Origin: a virus
DNA length: 64,000 bases
Strand: one strand, 5' to 3'
IMG/VR virus record: IMGVR_UViG_3300025000_002059
Span: 23,960-87,959 of that record
In this document: positions 1-9,546 of the stretch, piece by piece
Numbering within the stretch: the first letter of the stretch is position 1
Layout: every line of letters starts with the position of its first letter
Made by a program: the position numbers and the translations under genes
The notes under the pieces: generated by a model
What the model was told of the DNA's origin: nothing
Database searches by the model: none
Seen by the model: the letters and a program-made list of their open reading frames with translations, nothing else

Positions 1-1
1 T

Positions 2-322
2 ACTGTAAATATTGCAGATTTATTAAATGCTAGTTGGGGATCTGCAACAAAAATCGGGACAGTGACATTAGGATCAACATTCGTCACAGAATTAAAAGTT
101 GGAACGACAGGATTAAGTGGCAGACATACATTATATCTAACCAATGATTCATCACGTTTATTTTATGTCAAGAATACAACCAATTTGAATTCATCGGATG
201 GGTTATTGGTCAACTCAGGTGTGGCTGCAACTATAAAATTAGATCCGGATCAGAATCAAAAAGTATATGGTATTACATTTACTGGATCGGCATCAATTAA
301 AGTCATGGAGATGAAGAATTGA
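2..322 (+). CDS. Virion structural protein, 5'-truncated by the window edge
   Basis: Frame is open from position 2; Thr/Gly/Ser-rich beta-type composition; tail-gene context. Confidence 0.6.
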   Translation, partial: TVNIADLLNASWGSATKIGTVTLGSTFVTELKVGTTGLSGRHTLYLTNDSSRLFYVKNTTNLNSSDGLLVNSGVAATIKLDPDQNQKVYGITFTGSASIKVMEMKN

Positions 323-344
323 TAAAGGAAGGAGATGGTTAATT

Positions 345-830
345 ATGGTCTTTGAACTAAATCAATTCAGAGAAACACCTTATGACCTTCAATTTGTGTT
401 TGTTGGAAAAATGTATCAATGGCAATATAATACAACGTTTGGATCTGGCGTTACTAATTATCAAATTCATACTAGCTCAAACGTATTAACACACCTAACC
501 AATAGAACAATCCGAACAGCAAGTACGAGTATTAATATCCAATTTATTGAATTACCAGTATTTGTATCTACTGGTACAACACTCTTGCCAGCTTATGATG
601 TTAACAGGATATCGGCAACGACTCCAACGCTTGCAATTTATAGTAATCCAAGTGCAACAAGTGGTACTGTTATTGAAAATATTGATCTTATTGCAGGCGA
701 GAAATGGAACCAAGTCGCTACTGAATTTATCTTGAATCAGGGAGCCGATTACCTTATCCGGGTCAGTAATACTGCATTAACGGCACAAAGTGTTGATTTT
801 AATTATGTTTGGTACGAATCGAGTAATTAA
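345..830 (+). CDS. Virion/tail-associated protein, paralog 1 of 3
   Basis: Strong RBS; shares FRETPY.LQF.FVGK N-terminus and WYES.N C-terminus with 855 and 1402. Confidence 0.7.
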   Translation: MVFELNQFRETPYDLQFVFVGKMYQWQYNTTFGSGVTNYQIHTSSNVLTHLTNRTIRTASTSINIQFIELPVFVSTGTTLLPAYDVNRISATTPTLAIYSNPSATSGTVIENIDLIAGEKWNQVATEFILNQGADYLIRVSNTALTAQSVDFNYVWYESSN

Positions 831-854
831 AAAGAGAGGGGATGCTTAAAAAAG

Positions 855-1349
855 ATGATCGCTCCATCAATGGAACTTAGATCTTTTCGGGATACACCTC
901 TTAATACTCAAAAAATATTTGAATCTGAAGTATTTAAGACAACTTATAGATTTACAACAGGCGGTGATATCGAATATGAGTTAATAACTGCTGCAAGTAA
1001 AGATGTTCATATCACAAATATGATTATTACAGCAGAGTCAAGTGTCACGACATTTTTGCTTGTCGAAAATGGGGCTGCTGTAGATGGGACAACAGTCGGT
1101 ATACCAACTATTTATAACACAGATAGAACTTCGGCAACTACCAATGGATCGAGAATCCTTGCAGCACCAACGACCGGGGCTGGAACTATTTTAATTGACG
1201 CTAATTTAATATCGTTTGATTCTTGGGAGAATGATTGGCCGGAACTTATACTTCCCAGAAATACAAAGTATGTTCTTAAGTATGTTCATACCGGAGTACA
1301 GGCGGCTTCCGTGACAACATCTTTAGTGTGGTATGAAACCGACATGTGA
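855..1349 (+). CDS. Virion/tail-associated protein, paralog 2 of 3
   Basis: FRDTP, N.DRTS, ELIL and VWYETD motifs shared with neighbours. Confidence 0.7.
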   Translation: MIAPSMELRSFRDTPLNTQKIFESEVFKTTYRFTTGGDIEYELITAASKDVHITNMIITAESSVTTFLLVENGAAVDGTTVGIPTIYNTDRTSATTNGSRILAAPTTGAGTILIDANLISFDSWENDWPELILPRNTKYVLKYVHTGVQAASVTTSLVWYETDM

Positions 1350-1401
1350 AAACTTCTTTCATAAGAAAGGGGAGAGGGGAGAGGGGAGCTGAGATAAAAC
1401 T

Positions 1402-1896
1402 TTGATTAATCCTATGATATTAAAAACATTTAGGGAAACGCCTTATAATTTACAATTTATTTTTGTCGGTAAGTATTTTAAGTTTCAACAAAAACTCACA
1501 GTTGCTCCTGTAACTAGAGTAAATATCGAAATCAAGACTGGGGCTACTCAAATTGTTCATTTTTTAGAAAGAAATGTGAGGATTATATCTTCCGTGTCAA
1601 CTGTCTCAGTCGGATATGAACTTTACGAAAATTCTACTACCACAACTGTTGCAAGTTACCCCATATTTAATGTGGATAGAACATCATCAAATGTATCGAC
1701 AGTTAGTATCGCAACATGCACATTTACTGCCATAGGTAACAATTTAGAAGCATATGTAATTAGGAATGGGCAGGCTCATCAAAGATCGAAGGAATTGATT
1801 TTAAAACCTAGTACAACATACATGATATCTTTTGTTACTGCCGCATCCACGGCACAAATTGATATCAATTATATTTGGTATGAATCTGATAATTAA
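1402..1896 (+). CDS. Virion/tail-associated protein, paralog 3 of 3
   Basis: FRETPYNLQFIFVGK ... IWYESDN. Confidence 0.7.
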   Translation: MINPMILKTFRETPYNLQFIFVGKYFKFQQKLTVAPVTRVNIEIKTGATQIVHFLERNVRIISSVSTVSVGYELYENSTTTTVASYPIFNVDRTSSNVSTVSIATCTFTAIGNNLEAYVIRNGQAHQRSKELILKPSTTYMISFVTAASTAQIDINYIWYESDN

Positions 1897-1922
1897 AAAT
1901 TAAAAGTAAAGGAGTTTTCAAA

Positions 1923-2420
1923 ATGGCAAACACAGTATTTAACACATTTAAAAAGTTTTCAGTTGGTTCGTCAAGTGGAGCATTTAAAAAAATCACGTTA
2001 CTCACGGATACGATTAAAGTAGCATTGGTAACTTCTGGTTATTCTGTTGATCCAGATGATAATCTTTTTTCAGATGGCACCACTTCAGATGCAGCATCCT
2101 ATGAATTTAATAATTCGACTGGTGGGTATGCCGGGGGTATTGGCGGATCAACAGGTAGGAAAACGTTAGCATCTAAAACTATGACGCAAGACAACACCAA
2201 TAATCGAGCTGTATTTGATGCCGCAGATATAACTTGGACATCCATTAATGCTGGTACTGCTGGAGCAGCAATTTTGATCAGGGAAGGTGGAGCTGGGACA
2301 ACTACGAGCGATACCGGAACAACTATGATTTGTTACATTGATAGTGGATTCCCTGTTGTGACCAATGGTGGGGATTTAACTATTAGTTGGTCAACGGCAG
2401 GGATCGTTGATTTGACTTAG
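1923..2420 (+). CDS. Phage structural (tail) protein
   Basis: DTIKVALVTS ... FDAADITW ... TNGGDLTISW pattern common in phage tail modules. Confidence 0.7.
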   Translation: MANTVFNTFKKFSVGSSSGAFKKITLLTDTIKVALVTSGYSVDPDDNLFSDGTTSDAASYEFNNSTGGYAGGIGGSTGRKTLASKTMTQDNTNNRAVFDAADITWTSINAGTAGAAILIREGGAGTTTSDTGTTMICYIDSGFPVVTNGGDLTISWSTAGIVDLT

Positions 2421-2477
2421 TTCTATTATTTAAAGCTATACCCACAAGAACTCATCGCCGATTATAACCGACAAAAA

Positions 2478-2505
2478 AGAACCGTGGAATTATTTCCACG
2501 GTTCT
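2478..2505. terminator. Hairpin / probable terminator
   Basis: AGAACCGTGGAA-ttat-TTCCACGGTTCT inverted repeat with an upstream A-run. Confidence 0.5.
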
Positions 2506-2548
2506 AAGTATGCATAAATTGAAAAAATCCTTGAGAGAAGTTGATTAA

Positions 2549-2896
2549 ATGCTTTATTTCTCTATGTCTGAAATGATAGGCAAATCATCTTCAGAGTTCA
2601 ATGAAATAGTTGAGAATCTTATGCCTGATTCATATATCGTCTTTGAACATACTGGATGCTATATGTGTAAAGGGTGTGATTTCTGTACGGTGAGTTCTCC
2701 ATCTACGTCTATAGTGATGAGAAAATCAGAATGGAGATTAGTTTCAAAAAATATGTTCAATACTGAAGCGGAAGCTCAGGAGTATAGTGATCTTACTTCT
2801 AATGCAACACCTATGTTTACCTGTAATTCATTCACGTTTATAAGATCAGGAAGCACAGAAATTCTTAATTGTGTTTCGATTTGGATGAAAAATTAA
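2549..2896 (+). CDS. Hypothetical protein
   Basis: 115-aa ORF with a weak RBS. Confidence 0.35.
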   Translation: MLYFSMSEMIGKSSSEFNEIVENLMPDSYIVFEHTGCYMCKGCDFCTVSSPSTSIVMRKSEWRLVSKNMFNTEAEAQEYSDLTSNATPMFTCNSFTFIRSGSTEILNCVSIWMKN

Positions 2897-2944
2897 AACT
2901 CCATCCACCTTCCCAAAATATTGAAGAAAGGAGGTAATTCCTTT

Positions 2945-4555
2945 ATGAGCGATTTTCCTTTCGGAACTTATTTAGGATATAAATTCAATGGAGCTAATAG
3001 TTATGCACAGGTACCAGATAATGTAGCAATAGATCCAACTACTTACATTACAATTGAATGTCGATTTGCGCTTACCGTTCCTCTTCCATCACAAAGTTTT
3101 AATGCTGTTGAACTTGTACAAAAGATGGATGTTACAGTTACCACCAAAACTGGGTATGCAGTTTATTTAACAAAAGGCGGATCGTTAGTTTTTCTTCTCA
3201 AGGAATCAAATGATAGCACCTATAGGCAATTAGTATTTAGTGTTGGAACTACTTTCGATGATTTAAGATTACATGTTGTCACTTGTGTATACGATGGTTC
3301 CCATATCATAGCATATACCGATGGAGTCTTTGGGAGTCAAGTCGTTGCAACGGGATCAATCCAACAGGATACTGGTCAAAGTCTTAATATTGGTGGATTT
3401 AGAATAGGAACCAGTCCACCAAATACGAATTTCTTTAACGGTTTTATTGATGAAGTAAGAATATGGGATACGGCTAGGACACCAACGGAAATTAGTGATA
3501 ATGCTTGGAATCAACTTACTGGTGCTGAATCTGGACTAGTTGGGTATTGGAAATTTAATGAAAATAGCGGTACAGTGGCAACGGATTCATCGCCATCGGG
3601 AAATGATGGAACACTTTCCAACACTAAGCGATTAGCCTTAAATTATACTCCAGCAGTTGATGCTAATTTTTCAGCACAAAATCCTACATTAATTTTTGAT
3701 CAGATCGTTTCACCAACTGCATCTGTATCAACTTTTATAGCTTCCAATCCTACATTAATTTTTGATCAGACTGTTTCGCCAACTGCATCAGTCGCAACTT
3801 TTTCTGCTCAAGATCCAATAATTAAAGAAACGATTCAGGCAAGTCCTGCATCGGCAACATTCTCCATCCCAAACGCAACGATAATTGCCGGAGCTGTTAC
3901 GATTCAGGCAAGTCCTGCATCGGCAACATTCTCCATCCCAAACGCAACGATAATTGCCGGAGCTGTTACGATTCAGGCAAATCCTGCCTTTGCAGCTTTT
4001 ACGGCAAATTCAATTAAGGTAAATCTTGTTATCGAACCTAGCCCTTCAATAATAAATTTCGTCGTTGGAACTCCAACGATTAGATTAACTCAGCAAGCAA
4101 TGCCAAGTGTCATAACTTTAGCGTTACCACCACCGACTATCACAGTGGGAGCAGTAACGGTTCAAGCTACCCCAGCAGTAGCTACTTTTTCAGCCAATGC
4201 TATAACAACAACACTCACCATAAGCACTACCCCAGCAGTAGCTACTTTTTCAGCTAATTCACCAACTATCACAGTGGGAGTAGTAACGGTTCAAGCTACC
4301 CCAGCAGTAGCTACTTTTTCAGCTAATTCACCAACTATCACAGTGGGAGCAGTAACGGTTCAAGCTACCCCAGCAGTAGCGCTATTTACATTGCCAACTC
4401 CAACTATATTAATGGATCAAATAGTATTTCCTGATCCAGCGATAGCAACATTTAGTATTCCAACTCCCACAGTATTTGTTGTTAGAATTACGATCAGTTT
4501 CGGAGTTAAGATATTTAATGAGATCAATTACCATGTCATTATCGAAAATAGTTGA
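2945..4555 (+). CDS. LamG/concanavalin-like domain tail fibre or adhesin with a C-terminal 23-aa repeat stalk
   Basis: LamG motifs (FFNGFIDEVRIW, GLVGYWKFNE); RBS AAGGAGG before ATG 2945; tandem TIQASPASATFSIPNATIIAGAV repeats. Confidence 0.8.
   Translation: MSDFPFGTYLGYKFNGANSYAQVPDNVAIDPTTYITIECRFALTVPLPSQSFNAVELVQKMDVTVTTKTGYAVYLTKGGSLVFLLKESNDSTYRQLVFSVGTTFDDLRLHVVTCVYDGSHIIAYTDGVFGSQVVATGSIQQDTGQSLNIGGFRIGTSPPNTNFFNGFIDEVRIWDTARTPTEISDNAWNQLTGAESGLVGYWKFNENSGTVATDSSPSGNDGTLSNTKRLALNYTPAVDANFSAQNPTLIFDQIVSPTASVSTFIASNPTLIFDQTVSPTASVATFSAQDPIIKETIQASPASATFSIPNATIIAGAVTIQASPASATFSIPNATIIAGAVTIQANPAFAAFTANSIKVNLVIEPSPSIINFVVGTPTIRLTQQAMPSVITLALPPPTITVGAVTVQATPAVATFSANAITTTLTISTTPAVATFSANSPTITVGVVTVQATPAVATFSANSPTITVGAVTVQATPAVALFTLPTPTILMDQIVFPDPAIATFSIPTPTVFVVRITISFGVKIFNEINYHVIIENS
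3830..4380 (+). repeat. 69-bp (23-codon) intragenic tandem repeats
   Basis: Exact 69-bp duplication near 3830-3967; near-exact copies of a second unit at 4140-4380. Confidence 0.85.
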
Positions 4556-4567
4556 GGTGATGAAAAT

Positions 4568-4864
4568 ATGAAAGTGGGGGACGTGGGAGCACTCTTGATT
4601 TTCACGATTACTGATCCATCGGATACAGTCGTTGATCTAACAGGAGCAACAACGATTTCGTTATGTATCTATAATGGGCAATCGGTATCGAGTAATCCGA
4701 TGATGTTTTATAATGCCACAGGGGGACAATTATCATATCTTGTGGTCGCTGGGGATCTTCCCACGACTGGTGTTTATAAATTTGAAGTTCATGTAGGATT
4801 TGCGGGAGGTAGTGAATTTACATCGAGCAGAACATTTGATGTTGTGCAGCCAACTCTTTGTTAA
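4568..4864 (+). CDS. BppU N-terminal-like baseplate protein
   Basis: VDLTGAT ... G.LSY ... GDL.T.GVYKFEV motif. Confidence 0.6.
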   Translation: MKVGDVGALLIFTITDPSDTVVDLTGATTISLCIYNGQSVSSNPMMFYNATGGQLSYLVVAGDLPTTGVYKFEVHVGFAGGSEFTSSRTFDVVQPTLC

Positions 4865-4891
4865 AAAAAAAGAGAAGGAGGAAGATGTTCT

Positions 4892-5173
4892 ATGGATATC
4901 ATTATTAATGCTAATGATTGGCAGCTTATTATATTTTTTGTCCCAATCATTGTGGCATTAACAGAAGTTTTCAAGAAAATGGGATTGGATAAAAAATATT
5001 TTCCGGTTTCAAATATCATCTTAGGGATATTGGCAGCCTATTTCTTCGTTCCCACTGGCGAACAGGATATAGCATTAGCCGTTCTGATAGGAATAATAAT
5101 CGGATTATCGGCTAGTGGCCTATATTCAAGTGGAAAATCTACCATTGAGGAAGTCAAAAATGGCAAAAGTTAA
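4892..5173 (+). CDS. Holin
   Basis: Three hydrophobic segments; GLSASGLYS motif; basic C-terminus; end of tail operon. Confidence 0.85.
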   Translation: MDIIINANDWQLIIFFVPIIVALTEVFKKMGLDKKYFPVSNIILGILAAYFFVPTGEQDIALAVLIGIIIGLSASGLYSSGKSTIEEVKNGKS

Positions 5174-5198
5174 AGGCGGCATTTAGCCGCCTTTTTTA
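5173..5198. terminator. Intrinsic terminator between convergent genes
   Basis: AAAGGCGGC-attta-GCCGCCTTTTTT. Confidence 0.85.
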
Positions 5199-5213
5199 TT
5201 TTTCAATGTTAAT

Positions 5214-5477
5214 TTATTCATTTGCTGCAGCGACTATATGGAATTGACGATTGGTAAAATATTGTTCTATTTTTTCATCACTAGTAGACATTTTTGATTC
5301 CATTCTCGAAAGGGTAAAACTTGTCTTATCATGATCAGCTTTATTAACCTCAGTCAAGTGCTCTAGAGTCTTCAATATTTGGGTATTTTCTTTAACTTGG
5401 GATTCCAAACTATCGAACCGGGAATTCATTTTTTCAAATTGAGCTAAGACCAGTTCCTGAAACTTTTCATTATCCAT
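5214..5477 (-). CDS. Small coiled-coil protein, MDNEKFQ paralog 3
   Basis: RBS AGGAGGATAAAA and N-terminus shared with two neighbours. Confidence 0.75.
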   Translation of the reverse strand: MDNEKFQELVLAQFEKMNSRFDSLESQVKENTQILKTLEHLTEVNKADHDKTSFTLSRMESKMSTSDEKIEQYFTNRQFHIVAAANE

Positions 5478-5504
5478 TTTTTATCCTCCTGATTTGTTAC
5501 AGCT

Positions 5505-5783
5505 TCAAAATGCAGATATGGATCTTTGTTTGCGTTTTACAATTAAATCCACGACATCATTCTCGTTATCTATTAATTGTTTAGTCCGCAAAGCAATTAT
5601 ATCAATATTTCTATCAACATTATCAAATCTAATATCATGATCGATTTGTTTTTCCTTTATGATACATAGATCATTTTCCATCTTCTCAAAGCGCTGGTCC
5701 ATCTTTTTTTCCATCTTCTCAAAGCGCTGGTCAATCTTCTCAAATTGCTTTAAGACTAAATCCTGAAATTTTTCATTATCCAT
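5505..5783 (-). CDS. Small coiled-coil protein, MDNEKFQ paralog 2
   Basis: Heptad DQRFEKME repeats. Confidence 0.75.
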   Translation of the reverse strand: MDNEKFQDLVLKQFEKIDQRFEKMEKKMDQRFEKMENDLCIIKEKQIDHDIRFDNVDRNIDIIALRTKQLIDNENDVVDLIVKRKQRSISAF

Positions 5784-5821
5784 TTTTTTATCCTCCTATA
5801 ATTTGATTTAGCTGCCTTTTT

Positions 5822-6118
5822 TTATTCCCCTTCCATGACAAGAGAGAATTTTTTCTTAGAAAAATAATTTGTAACATCATCCTTGTTAGGTTCTCTTTGT
5901 AATCCTCTAATCTGAATAGCAACGAGTTCAATTTCGTCATGATGTTGCCTAGCGTGTTTGTCGAGTTTATCTAACTGATAAGAATTTGCAGAAAATTGTT
6001 GCTGTATTTCTCCGAAATGCCTTACTACTATTTCCTGAAATTTTTCATTACTTTCCAGTTTTTTATCAATTTTATCAAGCCTTTCAAGAATCAGTTCCTG
6101 AAATTTTTCATTATCCAT
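5822..6118 (-). CDS. Small coiled-coil protein, MDNEKFQ paralog 1
   Basis: Internal NEKFQE duplication; strong RBS. Confidence 0.75.
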   Translation of the reverse strand: MDNEKFQELILERLDKIDKKLESNEKFQEIVVRHFGEIQQQFSANSYQLDKLDKHARQHHDEIELVAIQIRGLQREPNKDDVTNYFSKKKFSLVMEGE

Positions 6119-6157
6119 CTTTTATCCTCCTATACTTTGTCCAATTATTATAGCATA

Positions 6158-6248
6158 TTGAAGCGGGATATGTTGACCATGTGTGTTCCATATGCACTGC
6201 ATTAGCCACGTCTACACACTCCGTCATTTTTCATATCCCGCGCTTCAA
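6158..6248 (-). ncRNA. Candidate ~90-nt structured sRNA
   Basis: Ends pair (TTGAAGC-GGGATATG / CATATCCCG-CGCTTCAA); inner TGAC/GTCA and GTGTGT/ACACAC stems; begins right after a sigA-type promoter copy. Confidence 0.4.
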
Positions 6249-6252
6249 CTAT

Positions 6253-6294
6253 ATACAGTTTAACATTATTCTATGAATTATGCAATACATATAT
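6253..6294 (-). promoter_or_regulatory. Repeated early promoter cassette, copy 1
   Basis: Minus strand TTGCAT-17 bp-TAAACT with upstream TG; homologous to six other copies. Confidence 0.7.
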
Positions 6295-6668
6295 CAAGTA
6301 CAATTACTTCCATTACGAGCTTTAAAATTACTTGATATCATCCCAATTCTTGCCCGGCTAATTTCCTGAGCAGCAGCATCAATTTTAGTTATCATTTCTT
6401 CTCCCCTATTAATTTTAAGGCCACAGATTCTACAGTAATTTGCACCGGGACCGTGTTCTTCATTTCGGCACCGTGGGCATTCATGCACCAGCATGAAGGT
6501 ACCTTCATTTATTTCTTTGTTCATATTGGTAAGGCGAGCAGCGATCCTTCTGTATAATTCCAACTTTTCCTGCAGCCCAGCCAGTAATGATTCATCCGGG
6601 GAGAAGGATATCTTAAATTCCAAATCTTCAATATAGGTTAGATAACGAGCGATATCAACTTTCAGCAT
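6294..6668 (-). CDS. Hypothetical protein with Zn-ribbon
   Basis: CPRC ... CRICG. Confidence 0.55.
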   Translation of the reverse strand: MLKVDIARYLTYIEDLEFKISFSPDESLLAGLQEKLELYRRIAARLTNMNKEINEGTFMLVHECPRCRNEEHGPGANYCRICGLKINRGEEMITKIDAAAQEISRARIGMISSNFKARNGSNCT

Positions 6669-6693
6669 CTAAAATATCCCTCTACCTTTCAGA

Positions 6694-6894
6694 TTAATAG
6701 ACTTTCATAATCCGGTACTTTTTATTGAATTTTATCAAGTCCCAGCTTTCGCTCTTTTCGCCGATCTTTAATGTTTGATTGTCATCATTGAATCCCAGAA
6801 CTGGTTTAGTCCAGACTAAATCATGGTGATTATTTATTGCGTAAACTTCAAATTCAATCTTTAATGTTTTACGATTAACGGCTAATTCCATCAT
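6694..6894 (-). CDS. Hypothetical protein
   Basis: ORF in the leftward operon; AGGAG upstream. Confidence 0.5.
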   Translation of the reverse strand: MMELAVNRKTLKIEFEVYAINNHHDLVWTKPVLGFNDDNQTLKIGEKSESWDLIKFNKKYRIMKVY

Positions 6895-7296
6895 TTGCGA
6901 GCCATCTCCTTATTCATTCCAATCTTCATCGATTTCGTTTTCATCACAATAATCGGTGTATTCATTTTTTATATCTTCCCAAACGGTAGAAATGTCTTCC
7001 TCCGAATGACCACGAACAATCATATTTTCTCTCATAAGTTGATACGGATAATAGTTATTCTCGATTCGCCATTCCCTGAATCCCATTTTGTTTTCCTCCG
7101 TTCGTCATATACTTATTCGCTGATTGCATCAATCCGGATGAAGTTATCTTTATCTTGGAGTTTTGCGATGAATTTATCCAGCGCAGCCCGCGTTTTGAAT
7201 TCCTTTTCTTTTCCGACCATTTGATCTTTGCGATTTATTTCAATCCATTTTATAGCTAACATTTTTCATTCCTGCCTTTCGTCCTGTCCCCTTCGA

Positions 7297-7343
7297 CATC
7301 TGTATATTAACATTATTCTATGATTTATGCAATACATATATCA
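7297..7343 (-). promoter_or_regulatory. Repeated early promoter cassette, copy 2
   Basis: CATCTGTATATTAACATTATTCTATGATTTATGCAATACATATATCA on the + strand. Confidence 0.7.
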
Positions 7344-7430
7344 TTTAGTAATGATCTATTTTTTGGCTATTAATCTTTTTGTGCTTAAAAGCGGAGCGCC
7401 TGTGGTTCAGGAAGCTCCGCCTTATTTTGT

Positions 7431-8282
7431 TTAGCATGCTTTGATTTTTGCCATTTCGTCTGCGAGGATCCAGAGTGCCCGGTTTAGTTTTACATTGCCA
7501 TCTATGGAGTTTACAGCCCTTGTCGTTGCCCTTCTTCCACTTGCGGACCGTCCACTTTGTCCACCACGAATTAGATTCTCTTGCACCACGTTAAACTTTG
7601 TCCATAAGTCTGATTGCCTATCTTCTTGGCGCTTTATTGCTAGTAACTGATTGGGAAGGATTGGTGCGCTACTTTCTCGCCATTGTCCTTCTTCGACTTC
7701 ATCCTTGTCATATTTTAAGGCTAATGAAGCTTTAGCAAAGGCTTCCTGCTCTTTTACGCTCATAGGTATTTGCTTCATTCTTTCCATGCTTTCATTCGCT
7801 AGATCGAATTCATTCATGATACGGAAAGCACCTTCTACAACATTATCAACGATATTTCCCTTATGGAGAACTCTGATATCCTCTACAATATCGCCAGTGA
7901 TCATTCCGTTTGAGCAAATGTGGCGGATCATTCCGGATACCATTCTGTAGCTACTTGTTCCATCGTGTGAATTAATCAATACAATTTCATTCGATTCAGT
8001 CCTTGTGATTCCATCCATTTTACGGAACCGCATTAGATGCTTAGTAAATTCCGCCTTACCCTCGATTCTGCTTCTTCCCTGTGCTACAGCGAAGGGGAAA
8101 AATCCTTCTTTTCTAAGACCTTCTACGACTTCGATTGTGGGAATGTAAGTGTACCGTGCGGACCTTGATTCATGTTTTTCTACTGCGAAGATCGATGGCG
8201 CTACTCTGAAAAGTTGTTCATTGTCCATTGGTCTGTCCATTGTGATAATTCCTGCTCCACCCATTCTGGTTTGTATTGTCAT
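7431..8282 (-). CDS. DUF932 family protein (plasmid leading-region type)
   Basis: HESRSARYTYIPT, NSHDGTSSY, CSNG and DLW.KFNVVQENL motifs. Confidence 0.9.
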   Translation of the reverse strand: MTIQTRMGGAGIITMDRPMDNEQLFRVAPSIFAVEKHESRSARYTYIPTIEVVEGLRKEGFFPFAVAQGRSRIEGKAEFTKHLMRFRKMDGITRTESNEIVLINSHDGTSSYRMVSGMIRHICSNGMITGDIVEDIRVLHKGNIVDNVVEGAFRIMNEFDLANESMERMKQIPMSVKEQEAFAKASLALKYDKDEVEEGQWRESSAPILPNQLLAIKRQEDRQSDLWTKFNVVQENLIRGGQSGRSASGRRATTRAVNSIDGNVKLNRALWILADEMAKIKAC

Positions 8283-8384
8283 TTTATTTTCCTCCTATTT
8301 ATTTATATATTTTACTTTTTTTTCAACACCACATCTGTAGTATACCATAATTGTTGACATTGTCAACAGTATTATAAAAAAAGT

Positions 8385-8639
8385 TTACAATCCAATTTTG
8401 GCCAAAATCAAATTTTCATAATCCGGACCATCTCCGGCACAAATAAAGGACTTCTTCTGGTAGAAATTATCCTTCAGCCAATAGATTTTCTTCTGGACCT
8501 CCCAACTAATATCGTTGTTCCCCGCCATGATCGCGAAAGCTTTATCAAAAGAATTTTTTGCAGCTATCTTATTATCATTTCGCATATGTCTGGATGAATT
8601 ATTCAAGGCCCGGATTATCAAGATTTCATTTTTGTTCAT
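8385..8639 (-). CDS. Hypothetical protein
   Basis: ORF with GAGG RBS. Confidence 0.55.
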   Translation of the reverse strand: MNKNEILIIRALNNSSRHMRNDNKIAAKNSFDKAFAIMAGNNDISWEVQKKIYWLKDNFYQKKSFICAGDGPDYENLILAKIGL

Positions 8640-8662
8640 TTCAATCTACCTCGCTTTTGTTT

Positions 8663-8824
8663 TTATTTTCGCGACTTCGAATTTTTTCCCATTTCATATG
8701 CTTTTTCCAGCATTTCTTTGAGTGTCCATATCGATATTTCATGGAAATCAAAGCTATCGGAATTTCTAGTTTCTAAGGTTTCAATTCCAGCAATTTTTGC
8801 GATTTCTAATAATTTATTTTCCAT
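8663..8824 (-). CDS. DUF6900-like small protein
   Basis: IETLETRNSDSFDFHEISIW..KEMLEKAYEMG; start moved to ATG 8824 after the RBS, because the upstream extension is promoter sequence. Confidence 0.7.
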   Translation of the reverse strand: MENKLLEIAKIAGIETLETRNSDSFDFHEISIWTLKEMLEKAYEMGKNSKSRK

Positions 8825-8858
8825 TTTTTTATTTCCCTCGCTTTTTGTTTTTTCTTGA

Positions 8859-8908
8859 CCACATGTGTATATTAACTCTAAAACATGATTATTGCAATAC
8901 ATATATCA
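8859..8908 (-). promoter_or_regulatory. Repeated early promoter cassette, copy 3
   Basis: CCACATGTGTATATTAACTCTAAAACATGATTATTGCAATACATATATCA. Confidence 0.7.
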
Positions 8909-8969
8909 TGTTAATACTCATCCATATGTTGTCAATCGCAACATGGAGAAAAAGAAAACAAAGAGATAT

Positions 8970-9203
8970 TTACTCTTTGTTTCCTTTGGCGCTGGTGGAG
9001 CCGTTTAATGATAACCACTGGAGGATTTGATTCTTAGTCCAGAATGGACGTTTACCAACATGGGTGGCGGGCTTTGGCAGCTTCCCGCGTTCTAGGTAGA
9101 CTGATACTTTTCGACGGTCCCAGCCGATGAGTAGCCCGACTTCCGTGGTGCCCAATAGTTCAGGTAGTGCAGAAACTTCTTCCATGATTTTATCTTCGTT
9201 CAT
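8970..9203 (-). CDS. Small HTH DNA-binding protein (excisionase/AlpA-like)
   Basis: LLGTTEVGLLIGWDRRKV...RGKLPKP...RPFW. Confidence 0.7.
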   Translation of the reverse strand: MNEDKIMEEVSALPELLGTTEVGLLIGWDRRKVSVYLERGKLPKPATHVGKRPFWTKNQILQWLSLNGSTSAKGNKE

Positions 9204-9212
9204 TTATATCCC

Positions 9213-9455
9213 TCATTTAAATTTTATAAGATTTTTATCTTTCAAGGCAGAAACGATACGTTCACATTTTTCCTCGGTCGATAAACAGCATTCAAGATAA
9301 ATTCCTATCTTTTGAAACTTCCAAAGATTTGCCCGGATTCGGTCAAGAAATTGATCGAGTGAAGCGAATTGTTCTGGGTCGAATGTGTTCTCCCAATAGG
9401 TTGTCATGATATCTATGGCTGGGGTGCCTTGCTCAAATTCAAGTGTTTCATCCAT
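9213..9455 (-). CDS. Hypothetical protein
   Basis: ORF with RBS. Confidence 0.55.
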   Translation of the reverse strand: MDETLEFEQGTPAIDIMTTYWENTFDPEQFASLDQFLDRIRANLWKFQKIGIYLECCLSTEEKCERIVSALKDKNLIKFK

Positions 9456-9546
9456 TTCAAAATACCTTCTTTCTACTTCATAAGCTTAACATTTTTGTCG
9501 CGTTTGTCAACATGGAAAGAATGGGAAGGGTGAGCCAGAAGCCCGC

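Noticed and set aside
2482-2490. Match of array-3 spacer ATTCCACGG to the hairpin near 2480
   Set aside because: A single 9-mer match is expected by chance in 64 kb, and the partner spacer does not match alongside.
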